DNA of 64,000 bases. Source: Macrostomum hystrix. Taxonomy: Eukaryota > Animalia > Platyhelminthes. Each line of letters opens with the position of its first letter. Positions within the stretch are counted from its first letter, which is position 1. Under the pieces are notes generated by a model, which was given only the letters and a program-made list of their open reading frames with translations, searched no databases and was not told the DNA's origin. The stretch covers positions 8,184,001 through 8,248,000 of the forward strand of contig CATNEN010000039.1 in assembly GCA_950097015.1 (NCBI GenBank), read 5' to 3'. Below are positions 61,214 to 64,000 of this stretch, in pieces. The translations under genes and the position numbers were made by a program.

Positions 61214-62483
61214 TCAGACATATCTGAACTTCTTTACCGCGTGTCCCTGAGCATCGGCCACTGCCAGCCAGCCGCGGCCGAGGCTGGTCACGCCGCCAGG
61301 TCGGCGGAGCTTCTCGGCCTCGTCCGGCACAACTCGGCAGAGGAATTCGCCCAACGGCCGGGTGTGAACTTCAACGTCGCCGGATGCTCGACTGGCCAGC
61401 AGTCGATTGTCCGAGTCTATGGCCAAACCCGTTATGGCCGAGCTGCCCGTGGCTGTGCCCACCTGGACGAGGTGTGAAATCATTAGACTGGGTTAGACAG
61501 GAAATAGTAGACTTAGGAATGGTATTGGAGGGAAAACGGAGGATTGGTTTAGGAAGAGGAGAATTAGGTTAGGAATGGGAGAATCGGACTAGGAAGGGAA
61601 AACTTTTGTTGGGAAGGGAAAAATAGGTTTGGAAAGGGAAGAATCGGGTTAAGAAGGGGAGAATTGGTTAAAGAATGGGAGAATCGAGTTAGGAAGGGGA
61701 CAATTTGGGTAGGAAAGGGAAAAAATCGGGTTAGGAATAGGAGAATTGAGTAAGGAAGGGGAGAATCGGGTTAGTAATGAGGAAAATTGGGGTTGGGAAG
61801 TGGAGAATTAGATTACCAAGGTCGGGTGGTCTTTGGGGTTTCCGAAGGGGATAATTAATAGGGTTAGGGGAAGGGATAACTAGGGGTTCAAATTTGACAA
61901 ATCGGGTTGTGAGGCTCACCAGCCGATGCCGGATTCCTATTGACTGGTCACCGCAGCCGCTGCCATCATCGCCGCCCACCTCATAGACCAGCAGCTTCGA
62001 GCCCAGAGCGCAGCAAAACAGCATCTGCTGCTGCTGCTGCTGCTGCTGCTGTTGATCCTGCTGGGCCTCCAGCTGCTGTTGTTCAAACGAACCCACAGCC
62101 AGCGCTGTCAAGCCAGCGAGTCCGTCGATCCTTGCCAGCACAGCGGAGTCGGCGGTGCCGGACTCGGCCATTGTCGGGTCGCAGACGAACACGGCGCCGG
62201 CGCCGGCGTCGCCGACAATCACGTGACCGCGCGGCCCGACTGCCACCAGGCCTGGCTCGCGAAAAACTGCCGCATGCAGGCTTGCCGAGATTCGGTCTTC
62301 CACTGGCTCGACTTCAAACACGCGGCGCTGGCGCCAGTTCGCCACCCACAGTCGGCCGCCGGCGTCAACGGCGAGTCCCGTGGCCGACTGGCCGGCGCAT
62401 GCGGCCCGGCCGAGGTCGCCGAGCCAGCGGAGGGCCGAGTCCAGCACCACAATGCGACTGTTGCCCGTGTCCGAGATGTACAC
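61214..62483 (-). CDS. NHL-repeat (TRIM-NHL-like beta-propeller) protein, last two exons
   Basis: Exons 62483-61920 and 61462-61214 join in frame. Motifs VYISDTGNSRIVVLD, TGLAVDAGGRLWVA, PGLVAVGPRGHVIVGD and VADAQGHAVKKFRY. Upstream exons lie beyond the window. Confidence 0.82.
61490..61815. repeat. Degenerate ~20-bp purine-rich repeat in NHL intron
   Basis: GGTTAGGAAGGGGAGAATT-like units. Confidence 0.7.
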
Positions 62484-62535
62484 CTGTGCCATGGGGGCAA
62501 AAGCAAATGCGTTAGATCTTCGGGTGGCTAGCCAT

Positions 62536-64000
62536 GATGGATCAGGGGGCGGATAGCACTGAAGAATCAGGGGGCGGATAGCACCGATGGATCAGGGGGC
62601 AGATAGCACTGAAGAATCAGGGGGCAGATAGCACTGAAGAATCATGGGGCAGATAGCACCGATGGATCAGGGGGCAGATAGCACTGAAGAATCAGGGGGC
62701 AGATAGCACCGATGGATCAGGGGGCAGATAGCACTGAAGAATCAGGGGGCAGATAGCACTGAAGAATCATGGGGCAGATAGCACCGATGGATCAGGGGGC
62801 AGATAGCACTGAAGAATCAGGGGGCAGATAGCACTGAAGAATCATGGGGCAGATAGCACCGATGGATCAGGGGGCAGATAGCACTGAAGAATCAGGGGGC
62901 AGATAGCACCGATGGATCAGGGGGCGGATAGCACTGAAGAATCAGGGGGCGGAATTGCACTGAAGAATCATGGGGCAGATAGCACCGATGGATCAGGGGG
63001 CAGATAGCACTGAAGAATCAGGGGGCAGATAGCACTGAAGAATCATGGGGCAGATAGCACCGATGGATCAGGGGGCAGATAGCACTGAAGAATCAGGGGG
63101 CAGATAGCACTGAAGAATCATGGGGCAGATAGCACTGATGGATCAGGGGGCAGATAGCACTGAAGAATCAGGGGGCAGATAGCACCGATGGATCAGGGGG
63201 CGGATAGCACTGAAGAATCAGGGGGCGGATAGCACTGAAGAATCATGGGGCAGATAGCACCGATGGATCAGGGGGCAGATAGCACTGAAGAATCAGGGGG
63301 CAGATAGCACTGAAGAATCATGGGGCAGATAGCACTGAAGAATCAGGGGGCAGATAGCACTGAAGAATCAGGGGGCAGATAGCACTGAAGAATCAGGGGG
63401 GCGGATAGCACTGAAGAATCAGGGGGCAGATAGCACTGAAGAATCAGGGGGCAGATAGCACTGAAGAATCAGGGGGCAGATAGCACTGAAGAATCAGGGG
63501 GCGGATAGCACTGAAGAATCAGGGGGCAGATAGCACCGATAGATCAGGGGGCGGATAGCACTGAAGAATCAGGGGGCAGATAGCACTGAAGAATCATGGG
63601 GCAGATAGCACCGATGGATCAGGGGGCAGATAGCACTGAAGAATCAGGGGGCAGATAGCACTGAAGAATCAGGGGGCAGATAGCACTGAAGAATCAGGGG
63701 GGCGGATAGCACTGAAGAATCAGGGGGCAGATAGCACTGAAGAATCAGGGGGCAGATAGCACTGAAGAATCAGGGGGCAGATAGCACTGAAGAATCAGGG
63801 GGCGGATAGCACTGAAGAATCAGGGGGCAGATAGCACTGAAGAATCAGGGGGCAGATAGCACTGAAGAATCAGGGGGCAGATAGCACTGAAGAATCAGGG
63901 GGCGGATAGCACTGAAGAATCAGGGGGCAGATAGCACTGAAGAATCAGGGGGTGGATAGCACTGAAGAATCAGGGGGTGGATAGCACTGAAGAATCAGGG
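62536..64000. repeat. 25-bp satellite in NHL intron, continuing past the window end
   Basis: GAAGAATCAGGGGGCAGATAGCACT units. Confidence 0.97.

Noticed and set aside
60420-61227. Long repetitive ORFs on both strands (similarly 5323-6996, 16030-16693, 28677-29430, 54107-54607)
   Set aside because: Artefacts of stop-free minisatellite units.

Overview
This is eukaryotic (animal) genomic DNA. It has spliced genes with GC-rich, poly-Gln/Ala-containing exons, AT-rich spacers and many minisatellites, a style that resembles the flatworm Macrostomum lignano (inference only). Reconstructed genes: an EF-hand nicotinamidase (-, 3' end outside the window), NECAP (+), cytosolic MetRS/MARS1 (+), a CUB/C-type-lectin membrane protein (-), a secreted fibrinogen-domain protein (+), CLYBL (-), an orphan DEG/ENaC terminal exon (+), RBM26/27 (+), and the 3' end of an NHL-repeat gene (-). 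Mobile DNA: three Ty3/gypsy (Mag-like) elements, one of them intact with identical LTRs and a TSD; an RTE-like LINE fragment; three tRNA-headed SINE families; a decayed Tc1/IS630 element; and hAT-like and tiny MITEs. The most notable observation is that the intact retrotransposon's LTR is built like an hsp70 promoter, with three perfect heat-shock elements just upstream of a TATA box, predicting a young HSF-driven, heat-inducible animal retrotransposon. Also notable: two SINE families share a covarying 3' RNA three-way junction; some minisatellites derive from a SINE head or from a 3' splice site; there are two GC-AG introns; and a 5.6-kb repeat intron is stop-free and in frame.
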